Below, piece after piece: positions 36,952-45,290 of a stretch of 64,000 nt of DNA. Position 1 is the first letter of the stretch. Every line of letters begins with the position of its first letter. Below the pieces are notes generated by a model, which did no database searches, had not been told where the DNA came from, and saw only the letters and a list, made by a program, of their open reading frames with translations. The position numbers and the translations under genes are program-made. The stretch spans positions 119 to 64,118 of the forward strand of contig JAFGAZ010000020.1 of the NCBI GenBank assembly GCA_016933455.1, written 5' to 3'. This DNA is from Candidatus Aenigmatarchaeota archaeon. GTDB lineage: Archaea; Aenigmatarchaeota; Aenigmatarchaeia; Aenigmatarchaeales; Aenigmatarchaeaceae.

Positions 36952-37848
36952 TCAGCAAATTGTTCCGTGTCCAATTATCCTTGGCAAGATGTTGTTTTGA
37001 GAAGCGATTATACATCTCTGATTATTTGTGCATGCTATTGTTTGGTCTGACTTTAATTCTAAAATTTCCCCTACCTTTATGACGTTGAAAGATATTACCT
37101 GAACGCCTATGGAAACGAAAAGGTCCATGCCTTCCTTTATTTCCTGCCTGAAGAATTTGTTCTTCTCGAATTTTATTTTCAATTCGTTTGTTTTTTCGAT
37201 TTTATTGCACAAAACATAGCCCCTTTTTATTTCATCTGCAGAAACTCCCTTGAGATTCAAACCCACACGCATACCCATTTCAGTTTCCTTGTAATCCTTG
37301 TCCTGTGACTGTATTCCCTTTACAGTAACTTCCCTGCCCAAAGGCTCCATCATAAGCTTGTCGTGCAAAGAAACATTCTCTCCCTTTACTGTTCCTAATA
37401 CGACAGTTCCTATTCCCTTTACATTGAAATAATTGTCAATTGGTATCATTACAGAATCGTATTTCTTCTCGAACTTTGTCTCAAGTAATTTCTGGCGCAG
37501 TTCGCTTTCCTCTATCATCTCGAATTTCTCAAGGCTGGTGTTTTTTATGAAATCCTTCACATTCTCCTTTAGCTCTGTTATTATAAAGCCCTTTTCAAAT
37601 TTCATCTCGTCTATTCCTATTATCGTTTCGCCAATCTCCTTTGTTAAATTCTTGACAACAAGAACGGGAACATCTATCATGTTTAGAACGTAAAGCAAAG
37701 ACTGCACTTTTTCTGAATTTGGGCATACGTATGTAAAAACGCCTTCAGAGCTGCCATGATTATAGATGGTAATGTCGTTTGTGGTTCCCTTCTTTCCCAT
37801 CTTCTTTGCCAATTCATGGTCCCCGAATATACCCACTGTTAAATGCAT
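36952..37848 (-). CDS. EF-Tu/SelB-like protein with a degenerate G domain
   Basis: 298 aa. A clear EF-Tu domain-II beta-barrel pattern is present (VKGIGTVVLGTVKGENVSLHDKLMMEPLGREVTVKGIQ...IKRGYVLC). The N-terminal region (VGIFGDHELAKKMGKKGTT) lacks a canonical GxxxxGK(S/T) P-loop. Confidence 0.55.
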   Translation of the reverse strand: MHLTVGIFGDHELAKKMGKKGTTNDITIYNHGSSEGVFTYVCPNSEKVQSLLYVLNMIDVPVLVVKNLTKEIGETIIGIDEMKFEKGFIITELKENVKDFIKNTSLEKFEMIEESELRQKLLETKFEKKYDSVMIPIDNYFNVKGIGTVVLGTVKGENVSLHDKLMMEPLGREVTVKGIQSQDKDYKETEMGMRVGLNLKGVSADEIKRGYVLCNKIEKTNELKIKFEKNKFFRQEIKEGMDLFVSIGVQVISFNVIKVGEILELKSDQTIACTNNQRCIIASQNNILPRIIGHGTIC

Positions 37849-37924
37849 CTATATTCTTTGTAAGCAAAAGTAAATAACCTTTTCTAATGAGGATTTTATA
37901 TGCTTGCAAGTTCTTGATTTATTT

Positions 37925-38239
37925 ATGTCTTTGAAAAACATTCAAGAAGACGTTGACAAGTGGATATCCCAGTGGAAGGTGGGTTACTTTGAACCATTCG
38001 AAGCCTTGGCGTGCATGATGGAGGAAACCGGCGAGGTTTCAAGGGAAATAAACCACATGTTCGGGCCGAAAAAGAAAAAATCAACAGAAGAGAAAAAGGA
38101 TCTGGCAGATGAGCTTGCAGACACGATATTTACAATATGCTGCATAGCAAACCCTCTTGGAATAGACCTTGACGAGGCCTGGAAAAGGATGCTAGACAAG
38201 TTCAACACACGCGACAAGGAAAGGCTGGAAAGAAAATAG
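37925..38239 (+). CDS. MazG-type nucleoside triphosphate pyrophosphohydrolase
   Basis: The track ORF starts at TTG 37904. I prefer ATG 37925. MazG blocks EETGEVSREI and ELADTIFTICCIANPLGIDLDEAW are present. Confidence 0.75.
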   Translation: MSLKNIQEDVDKWISQWKVGYFEPFEALACMMEETGEVSREINHMFGPKKKKSTEEKKDLADELADTIFTICCIANPLGIDLDEAWKRMLDKFNTRDKERLERK

Positions 38240-38240
38240 T

Positions 38241-40904
38241 TCAGTTGCCAAAATCAACTGTCTTTCCTATTGATCCGCTGTCAGAAAAATAAAGCGTGCC
38301 AGAGCATTTTGGACACTTGCCGGTCAACGACGGTCTTCTAAAGTTCCAGTCGCAGTTCTTGCAGGCAATAGTTTCATAGTTCTTCAGAACAATTTCATCA
38401 GGCGACGGCTCCTTTTTCTTCTTGCCGCTAAGAATGTCAAGAAGGTTCTGCTGCCTGACCCCCTCTATTAGTTCAGACGGTGTTATGTCGCAAACCTCAA
38501 ACACCCTTTCCAATGGAGGCAAAAGCTGGTTGTGGATATAATAGTCGGAATCTATCTGCAACCCCCTTTGCTTAACCCACTTGGGCTCCTCTGCTCTTTT
38601 TGAGAGCATCTGATTGCCCTTGATTATGACGTATTCTATCCTAGAACCTATCACAGAACGCGTCTTGTCTCTTTTCACTATCTTCTTTGCAAGCTCCACA
38701 TGGGGCTGCATGCCGTTGTACTCTTCGAACGGCTTTGTTATGCCCTTTGTTATGGACAGTCTCTCCAAAGGTATCTTGCCGTCAGCAAGGTCCTTTATTA
38801 TTCCCCTCACGAACTTTGTTGCCTTCTTCATGTCCTTTTCCTTGAGTATTATGTTGAGTGTCTCAAGCATTGTTTCTGAAACAAGCGTGCACCAGTCCCT
38901 TCTCACAGTCTCTATTCCCTTCATGTCTATTTTTCCCTTCCACTCGCCGGCAATCTGCTCGAATGCCCAACCCGCATATCTTTTCTTGGCTTCTATTAGG
39001 AATGTCTTGTAGGTCTTTTCGAATTTCAGGTCCAATCCGAAAAGCTGGTCAGAAATAAAATCAGATATCTCGCTGCCAAATCTCCTGGACTCGTCAAGCT
39101 CCTTTATGTCAGTTATCAAAAATACGGAATCTGTGTCCGCGTAGATGACCTTGGCCTTGTAATTTTTTTCTATAAGTTCTCTTGTCTTGATTATGGTATC
39201 CCTTCCCCAGGCAGTTATGGAATTGGCAATGTCCATTAGAAACAGCCTTGATCTTGCATAGCCCGTGTAACCATACAAAGAATTGACCAGAGTCTTAAGA
39301 GCCAACTGCTTGGCATCAAGTATTCTTCTCTTTTCCTTGTCGGTTTCTGTTTTCAGTATTTTCTTGACAGCTGCCCTGGATTTCAGATACTCGTCAACTA
39401 TGGAAGGAATAACTCCCCTTCTAACGTTTTCCTTGACGAACTTTGAACCGTAAGGGGACTCGTAATGATCTATCTTCTCGCTCTTATCTAGCATGAAGGT
39501 CGTTGTGCAAATGTTCAAGGCATTAATCATCGACGGGTACATGCTGGTAAAGTCAAGACATATGACCCATTCATGAAAACCCACTGTTGGCTCAAGAACT
39601 ATTGCGCCTTTAAGGGTCTGTCCTTCCAGGGAAACATTTCTTGGCTTGCATGGCATAACATACCCTCTGACAAAGAACTCGCGAAGAAGCTTGACCTCGT
39701 GCCTTTGCGACTGACCGCCTAGGCTGTCTTGCAGAAGAACGCCCGATATCTTTGATATTTCAAAGAACTTGTCCATAAGCCTTTTCTCAATGACAAGGCG
39801 CTTGACCAAAACAGCATCAACCCTTGCGTATTCTACGAACTTGTCAAGCCCAATTCCCCTATACCAGGCATCATGAATCTTCTCGAACATGTTGCCCTCA
39901 AGGTCTATCTTACTAACACCGAGCATTTTATCTGATATCGTGCTAAGGTCGTATCTCTTGAAACGAACCCACGGGTCTCTCTTGTATATTGCATAAGTGT
40001 CGACTATGGTCCTGCCTGAAACATAGGGTATGAAGCCGTTTTGTATTTTCCTGCAATATGCCTGCTTGTCTGTTCTTCCAATATCCTTTGACATGCCAAG
40101 CCTTGTCATTCTTTCAACTATGAATGGCAAATCGAAGCCGTTTATGTTGTGACCGCAAACAATGTCAGGGTCGTACTCATCCATTATCTCCTTGAACCTC
40201 TCAAGCATCGCCTTCTCATCATCACAAACAACAATGTTCTTGCCTTTGGCATACTTTGTCAGCAACACGAGGTCGTTTTTGCCTTTGTATGGCTCGGAAA
40301 AAGCAAAACTCATTACTATTATTGTGTCCTTGTCTGGTGTTGGAATTCTTTCCTCTTCTGGCAAACACTCTATGTCCAGGGCCATGTATTTTATGGGCAC
40401 ATTCTCCATCTTGTCTAATGGCTTTATGGACTTGGCATCAAACGCCGCGCACTTGACAGTGCTTGTCCTGATATAGTTGCCCTCAACTTCCATCCATCCC
40501 ATACCCTTGAGCCCGAAATCGGCCATGAACCTGTACTTGAACAAGACATCTGCTTCATATGGGGTGCCAAACATCCTCACATAATCTCTTATCTCAGGGG
40601 TCTTGGCAGGATTTGTGCCTGTTATCTTGAGAATCTTCGAAGGAGGCTGGTATCCCATGGGTATTATTTTCTCAACAACCTCCATTTGAAGGTCCGGATA
40701 CTTTTTCAGTATCTTCTTTTTTATTTCATCATAGTTGCCTTCCTTGGAATGCAGATAGAAATACGGCATAAAGTCGTTATAGAAAACGCATATGGATTTT
40801 CCTTCCTTTGTCTTGCCAAAAATCCTAACAACAGGCTTCTTGTTGTTTAAAAGAATGTAATCGCAATCAAGAATCTGGACTTCCATAGTGTCCTTATTAG
40901 TCAT
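38241..40904 (-). CDS. polB: family B DNA polymerase with a C-terminal C4 zinc ribbon
   Basis: 887 aa with exonuclease motif LDIECL, polymerase motifs SMYPS and VIYADTDSVF, and KKRYAG. A roughly 70-aa C-terminal extension ends with CKNC-x12-CPKC (codons at 38304-38363). Confidence 0.92.
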   Translation of the reverse strand: MTNKDTMEVQILDCDYILLNNKKPVVRIFGKTKEGKSICVFYNDFMPYFYLHSKEGNYDEIKKKILKKYPDLQMEVVEKIIPMGYQPPSKILKITGTNPAKTPEIRDYVRMFGTPYEADVLFKYRFMADFGLKGMGWMEVEGNYIRTSTVKCAAFDAKSIKPLDKMENVPIKYMALDIECLPEEERIPTPDKDTIIVMSFAFSEPYKGKNDLVLLTKYAKGKNIVVCDDEKAMLERFKEIMDEYDPDIVCGHNINGFDLPFIVERMTRLGMSKDIGRTDKQAYCRKIQNGFIPYVSGRTIVDTYAIYKRDPWVRFKRYDLSTISDKMLGVSKIDLEGNMFEKIHDAWYRGIGLDKFVEYARVDAVLVKRLVIEKRLMDKFFEISKISGVLLQDSLGGQSQRHEVKLLREFFVRGYVMPCKPRNVSLEGQTLKGAIVLEPTVGFHEWVICLDFTSMYPSMINALNICTTTFMLDKSEKIDHYESPYGSKFVKENVRRGVIPSIVDEYLKSRAAVKKILKTETDKEKRRILDAKQLALKTLVNSLYGYTGYARSRLFLMDIANSITAWGRDTIIKTRELIEKNYKAKVIYADTDSVFLITDIKELDESRRFGSEISDFISDQLFGLDLKFEKTYKTFLIEAKKRYAGWAFEQIAGEWKGKIDMKGIETVRRDWCTLVSETMLETLNIILKEKDMKKATKFVRGIIKDLADGKIPLERLSITKGITKPFEEYNGMQPHVELAKKIVKRDKTRSVIGSRIEYVIIKGNQMLSKRAEEPKWVKQRGLQIDSDYYIHNQLLPPLERVFEVCDITPSELIEGVRQQNLLDILSGKKKKEPSPDEIVLKNYETIACKNCDWNFRRPSLTGKCPKCSGTLYFSDSGSIGKTVDFGN

Positions 40905-40938
40905 GGAAACTTAAAGGCTTTTTGGTCCAAATAAAAGT

Positions 40939-41082
40939 ATGACATCACAATTATTATCAATGGAAAAAAACGGTCTTATCACGCCAGAATTTGTGTCTGA
41001 TTTGGAAAAGAAAGCAAAGAATTATAATCAGGATGTTATATCCAAGCTAGGCTATTATAAAATCCAAGAAAAGACGCAATAA
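40939..41082 (+). CDS. small hypothetical ORF (47 aa)
   Basis: Below the track cutoff. My translation is MTSQLLSMEKNGLITPEFVSDLEKKAKNYNQDVISKLGYYKIQEKTQ. It fills the 179-nt gap between the DP1-like gene and polB on the opposite strand. Coding status is uncertain. Confidence 0.25.
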   Translation: MTSQLLSMEKNGLITPEFVSDLEKKAKNYNQDVISKLGYYKIQEKTQ

Positions 41083-41083
41083 A

Positions 41084-41989
41084 TCATGGCTTCTGTTCTA
41101 TTTTCTCGATTTTCCTTGTCATAAGGTCTATTATGCTATTTTTCGGCACTATGCTAACCCCTTTGTAGCTCATGCTAATTTCTTGGTCTGTAAATATCAC
41201 ATCTGGAATTGGGTCTATTAGAAAATCTATCCTGTTGATGTTTAGATATCTTTTGTTAAGGATGTCTATAGGCTTGGCTCCTGTCAAGAACATGATGTTT
41301 ATGTTGCCTATGCTAAACATGTAGGGGCTTGAGACCTTGTGCTTTGACTGTTTTTTGTTGTCAAAAACACAGTCCTTTGAAACAACATAATCAACGTCAA
41401 GCTTCTTGTCCGAGAACGCCACCTTTATAGGTTTTTTGCTAAGATTGACAGGCCTAAGAGGAATTGATGGAAACAGCACCTTTTCAGCAAAAACAACTTT
41501 GTTCTTTGCCTGCCCGAAAACCGCTATAACATCATCCAAAACAAGCCTTTCAATCATCTTGCTGTCCATAACAACGTCTATATACCCTGTCGGGTCTTCC
41601 ATAACAACAGTCTTGCCGGAATTTTTTGCAACAATGTCCTTTACCATGCCTATAACACTGACCGGCCCTTGGCTTACCTTGTTTATGGATACTATGTTTT
41701 TTAGCTCGACTTTTTTCATCAAAAGGTCCTGCAAAAACCCATAGCGCTTGTTTAGGGCATTGACATAGTCCTGAACAGTGAAGACCTTCTTTTCTTCAAA
41801 CTGCTTTATTATCTCTATATCCTCTGCTAGAATCTTGTCTACGATGCTGCCAGTAACTATGAACGGTTTTTCCTGCTTTAGATGCTTGATTAGTTTGTCA
41901 AATGCCTTTTCATCTATTTTTTCTATAGACTCCTTGGCATCCTCTTCAACAAGAAAACCCTGCTTTATGAGCTCTTCTAAATGGTTCAT
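41084..41989 (-). CDS. truncated, probably catalytically inactive DNA polymerase small-subunit (DP1 / B-subunit)-like protein
   Basis: 301 aa. An N-terminal helical region is followed by an OB-fold-like core (PVSVIGMVKDIV...VVMEDPTGYIDVVM...VIAVFGQAK). Remnants of phosphoesterase blocks follow (KVAFSDKK, MFSIGNINIMFLTG, FLIDPIPDVIFTD) without the metal-binding His/Asp residues. The assignment is from memory of DP1 motifs, not from a search. Confidence 0.5.
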   Translation of the reverse strand: MNHLEELIKQGFLVEEDAKESIEKIDEKAFDKLIKHLKQEKPFIVTGSIVDKILAEDIEIIKQFEEKKVFTVQDYVNALNKRYGFLQDLLMKKVELKNIVSINKVSQGPVSVIGMVKDIVAKNSGKTVVMEDPTGYIDVVMDSKMIERLVLDDVIAVFGQAKNKVVFAEKVLFPSIPLRPVNLSKKPIKVAFSDKKLDVDYVVSKDCVFDNKKQSKHKVSSPYMFSIGNINIMFLTGAKPIDILNKRYLNINRIDFLIDPIPDVIFTDQEISMSYKGVSIVPKNSIIDLMTRKIEKIEQKP

Positions 41990-43182
41990 AAGAATATTTC
42001 TTCCAAAAGATTCTTTAATTTATTGTAGACTGTATCAGATAGGTTAAGTGATATTACCCTTGTTCTGCCGTATCTGCCCTTTGAGACTATCTTTGTGCTT
42101 ATCACGCTTGACAAATCAAGTTCCGAGATAAGGTCAGACACTCTTCTGGTTGTTAGGGTCTTTATTCCTTGCTGCTTACATATCTCCTGATACTTGTCAA
42201 AAACCTCGCCGGTTTGTATCTCCTTTGTCTTTTCAGCCAAAAACACTATAGAGTACAAGACTATTTGGCTCTGCTTTGGCATTGACTTTACTGTTTCAAC
42301 AACTCTGTCAACGTCTATTTTCTCCTCAGCATCATCAACATGTTCTATAGATACCTTTTCATGAGAGTTTCTCTCGGATAGCTCTCCTGCTACTCTGAGC
42401 AAATCTAGGGCTCGCCTGGCATCCCCGTGTTCTTGGGCAGCCAAAGCAGCGCATTTCTCAATAACACCAGGCTGAAGAACATCTTGTGTAAAAGCTATAG
42501 ATGCCCTGTTCTTGAGAATGTCCTGGAGCTGCAGGGCATTGTAAGGCGGGAATATCAACTCCTCCTCACTAAGGGAGCTCTTAACCCTTGGATCCAAAGT
42601 CTCTATGAAGCCCAAGTTATTGGTTATGCCTATTATGGAAAGCTTGGAATTGTTAAGGTCTTGGTTTATCCTTGTAAGGTTATATAGAATCTCATCACCC
42701 GTCTTTTGAACCAAAGTGTCGATTTCGTCGACAATAAGTATTATGGTCTGCTTCCTACTGTCGAGTGCGTCGAAAAATGCATTATACACCTGGTCAGTGG
42801 GAAGGCCTGTGAAAGGCACCTCTTTTCCCAGCGCCTTGGATAACTCTGCCAATAATCTATACTCTGTATCAGCAATTTTCTTCATTTTGCAGTTAACATA
42901 CATGACTTTGACGCTTTGACCGTTCTCACCGCTTATCTTTTCAAGCTCAGAACCCACAAACCTTGATACAAGCGTCTTGCCTGTGCCAGGCCTGCCGTAA
43001 AGGAATATGTTGCTTGGCCTGCCGCCCTTGAGTGCAGGTGCCAGTATCCTTCCCAGGTCATTGACTTGCTTTTCCCTATGAGGTATTGTCTCCGGCTTGA
43101 ATGAAATAGTCAAAGCATCTCTATTGGAAAATATGGGTTTGGATGCCAAGAATTTTGTGAATATGTTGTTGGTATCTGTCAT
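41986..43182 (-). CDS. cdc6: Orc1/Cdc6 replication initiator
   Basis: 398 aa with Walker A YGRPGTGKT, Walker B IVDEID, HGDARRALDLLR and a C-terminal winged helix. It overlaps the downstream DP1-like gene by 4 nt. Confidence 0.9.
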   Translation of the reverse strand: MTDTNNIFTKFLASKPIFSNRDALTISFKPETIPHREKQVNDLGRILAPALKGGRPSNIFLYGRPGTGKTLVSRFVGSELEKISGENGQSVKVMYVNCKMKKIADTEYRLLAELSKALGKEVPFTGLPTDQVYNAFFDALDSRKQTIILIVDEIDTLVQKTGDEILYNLTRINQDLNNSKLSIIGITNNLGFIETLDPRVKSSLSEEELIFPPYNALQLQDILKNRASIAFTQDVLQPGVIEKCAALAAQEHGDARRALDLLRVAGELSERNSHEKVSIEHVDDAEEKIDVDRVVETVKSMPKQSQIVLYSIVFLAEKTKEIQTGEVFDKYQEICKQQGIKTLTTRRVSDLISELDLSSVISTKIVSKGRYGRTRVISLNLSDTVYNKLKNLLEEIFL

Positions 43183-43531
43183 TGTATCACATATGAATAT
43201 CGTCGAACCTTTGTTTCTCTTGAAGATATCTAGATTAACATATATAAAAATTACTTCACGTTAACCCCCTTGTTTCCTTAGGAAAATGTTCATGTGAAGG
43301 TTTTGTTACATGAATTTTGATGTTTTTCCTTCATATGAAATAACCACCCTATGACTTCCACTCAAAATCCAAATGAAACAAAGGTTGCGAGATAAAATTC
43401 TTCTTTTTTCAGATATTATTAATCTATAAAATATACCTTTATTTCATATAACATTGTTATATAATAATATAATATAATACATTTCTATCTATAAAGTCAT
43501 GTTCGACTAGTAATGAGGGGGTGGGCCCTAA
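43183..43531. other. candidate replication origin (oriC-like intergenic region)
   Basis: 349 nt of non-coding sequence immediately upstream of orc1/cdc6. Four dyads of the type TTCAYRTGAA occur at 43254, 43289, 43306 and 43330. An AT-rich stretch of about 95 nt spans 43404-43497. A G-rich element GAGGGGGTGGGCCC follows. Confidence 0.5.
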
Positions 43532-44245
43532 TCAGAAAGAACTTTTCAAAACCTTTAGAAACTCTTTGTTGTTTTTAGATACAGTTCCAAGAGGTATTGA
43601 TTCAAGTTCAGCAATCCTCTTGGCAAGATCATCTATTTTTTCAGAACCCTGGAATACAACAAAACCTGGTCTTAGATTGGTAACTTTCAAAGCAACCATA
43701 GAACTTCTTCCGGAATTTGCTCCTGTGAAAACCAAAACCCTCTCGCTTGTCATTCCATAAAGCTTTACCATATCTATAGGTGAAAGGTCCACTATTGCTT
43801 TCATGGCATCTATTACAGTATAACCATTGACCTGCTTGTCACCCAAGTCGTCCCTTATTACAAGGTCAACTCCTATGGTCTCGCAGAACTTTTTGATGGA
43901 CATTGGGGCATTGAATTCCTTCATGTCCAAAACAGCATCAGAAAGCATTGCCTGGGAAGGAAGATCTGAAAACTCATGAATTATCTTTCCCCCAAGCCTC
44001 TCGTCTATAGATATCATGGCATCCACTATTTTCTTTACCATCTTGATACCAGGCGACTTTCTCCTGCCGTTTTCATAGTCTGAGATAACAGAAGGCATTA
44101 TTTTCATCTCATCTGCAAGCCTTCTTTGTGGAATCTTGAACACGTTTCTCCATTTTTGTATTATTTTTCCCCCTTCAGGGCTAAGAACTATCTCACCTGC
44201 AATTCTCTTTGCCAGGTTCTCTTTTGCCAGAGAATGTGTATCCAT
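43532..44245 (-). CDS. archaeal XRE-type HTH transcriptional regulator with a C-terminal domain (COG1395-like)
   Basis: 237 aa with the HTH region KIPQRRLADEMKIMPSVISDYENGRRKSPG. Confidence 0.65.
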   Translation of the reverse strand: MDTHSLAKENLAKRIAGEIVLSPEGGKIIQKWRNVFKIPQRRLADEMKIMPSVISDYENGRRKSPGIKMVKKIVDAMISIDERLGGKIIHEFSDLPSQAMLSDAVLDMKEFNAPMSIKKFCETIGVDLVIRDDLGDKQVNGYTVIDAMKAIVDLSPIDMVKLYGMTSERVLVFTGANSGRSSMVALKVTNLRPGFVVFQGSEKIDDLAKRIAELESIPLGTVSKNNKEFLKVLKSSF

Positions 44246-44343
44246 ATTAATAATCTGACGTATAAGCTTTTAAAACTTGACCTTTCAATAACCATGATTT
44301 AAACACATATAATTTTAAATGGTTTGGAAAGCTAAACTAGATT

Positions 44344-44892
44344 ATGTCAACAGGCATTACTGTCAAAGACGCCATGGTTACAGGCGTAATAACAATGGGA
44401 CCTGACAAAACAGTTCTTGAAAGTGCAAAAATAATGAAGCAAAACGACATTGGAAGCGTTGTTGTATGTGAAAACAATATTCCTTTGGGCATAGCAACCA
44501 GGGAGGATATCATAAACAAGGTGGTTGCAGATGGAAAATCCCCGTCCGATGTGCTTCTAAAAGAAATAATGTCTAAAAACCTGATTGTTTGCAGCCCGGA
44601 CTGCGACATTTCCGAAGCAGCAAACCAGATGTCAAGATACCAGTATGAAAGAATACCTGTTGTCAGTGAAGGCAGGCTTTTGGGCATAATATCCACAAGA
44701 GAGATAGCCAAAGTTGCTCCAGCAGCCCTTGAGATCATGACAGAACATATGAGAATAGAAAACCCGGAGCAAATGGAAGAAAAAGAAGACGAGACAACAG
44801 AGGGCATTTGCGAGTCATGCGGCAACCAGGCAGACGAGCTCTTTAATGTCAATGACAGCTGGGTGTGCGAGTCCTGCAAGCAGAATGTCTGA
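44344..44892 (+). CDS. CBS-pair protein with a C-terminal zinc ribbon
   Basis: 182 aa. Two CBS motifs (VKDAMVTGVITMGPD..., LKEIMSKNLIVCSPD...IPVV) are followed by an acidic linker and CESC-x15-CESC. Confidence 0.75.
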   Translation: MSTGITVKDAMVTGVITMGPDKTVLESAKIMKQNDIGSVVVCENNIPLGIATREDIINKVVADGKSPSDVLLKEIMSKNLIVCSPDCDISEAANQMSRYQYERIPVVSEGRLLGIISTREIAKVAPAALEIMTEHMRIENPEQMEEKEDETTEGICESCGNQADELFNVNDSWVCESCKQNV

Positions 44893-44936
44893 TTCTTAGA
44901 TAATTTGATTAATTTTAAATACTTTTATAATTCAAT

Positions 44937-45290
44937 ATGCTTATACAAGAGGTTAAAGAAGAACTGTTCAAAGCCCTTGAAATTACCAAGGGAAAGCAGG
45001 TCATTGTCGAAGGAAAACGCGACAAACTTGCTTTATGTTTATTAGGTTTTAAGAATATAATCGAGCTCAACACAGGAATTTACGAGATAGTTGAGAAACT
45101 CAATGGCAAGAACGTAGTCATATTGACTGATTACGACAAAGAAGGCATAGAGATAGCAAAAAAACTTAACAAAATTCTTCCACCTCTTGGATACAAGGTA
45201 GACACGAAAACCAGGAAAAAGATAGGTTTTCTGTTTGCCGAACTTAAAATACGAAAAATAGAGGAATTAAGAGGTGTTATAAATGGGTAA
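44937..45290 (+). CDS. small Toprim-domain protein (RNase M5/primase-like)
   Basis: 117 aa with Toprim signatures VIVEGKRD and ILTDYDKEG. It overlaps the dnaG start by 8 nt. Confidence 0.65.
   Translation: MLIQEVKEELFKALEITKGKQVIVEGKRDKLALCLLGFKNIIELNTGIYEIVEKLNGKNVVILTDYDKEGIEIAKKLNKILPPLGYKVDTKTRKKIGFLFAELKIRKIEELRGVING

Noticed and set aside
44337-44879. 180-aa ORF on the minus strand mirroring the CBS-domain gene
   Set aside because: It is a full antisense shadow of a gene with clear CBS and zinc-ribbon motifs. Its translation is low-complexity Ser/Ile-rich with no motif.
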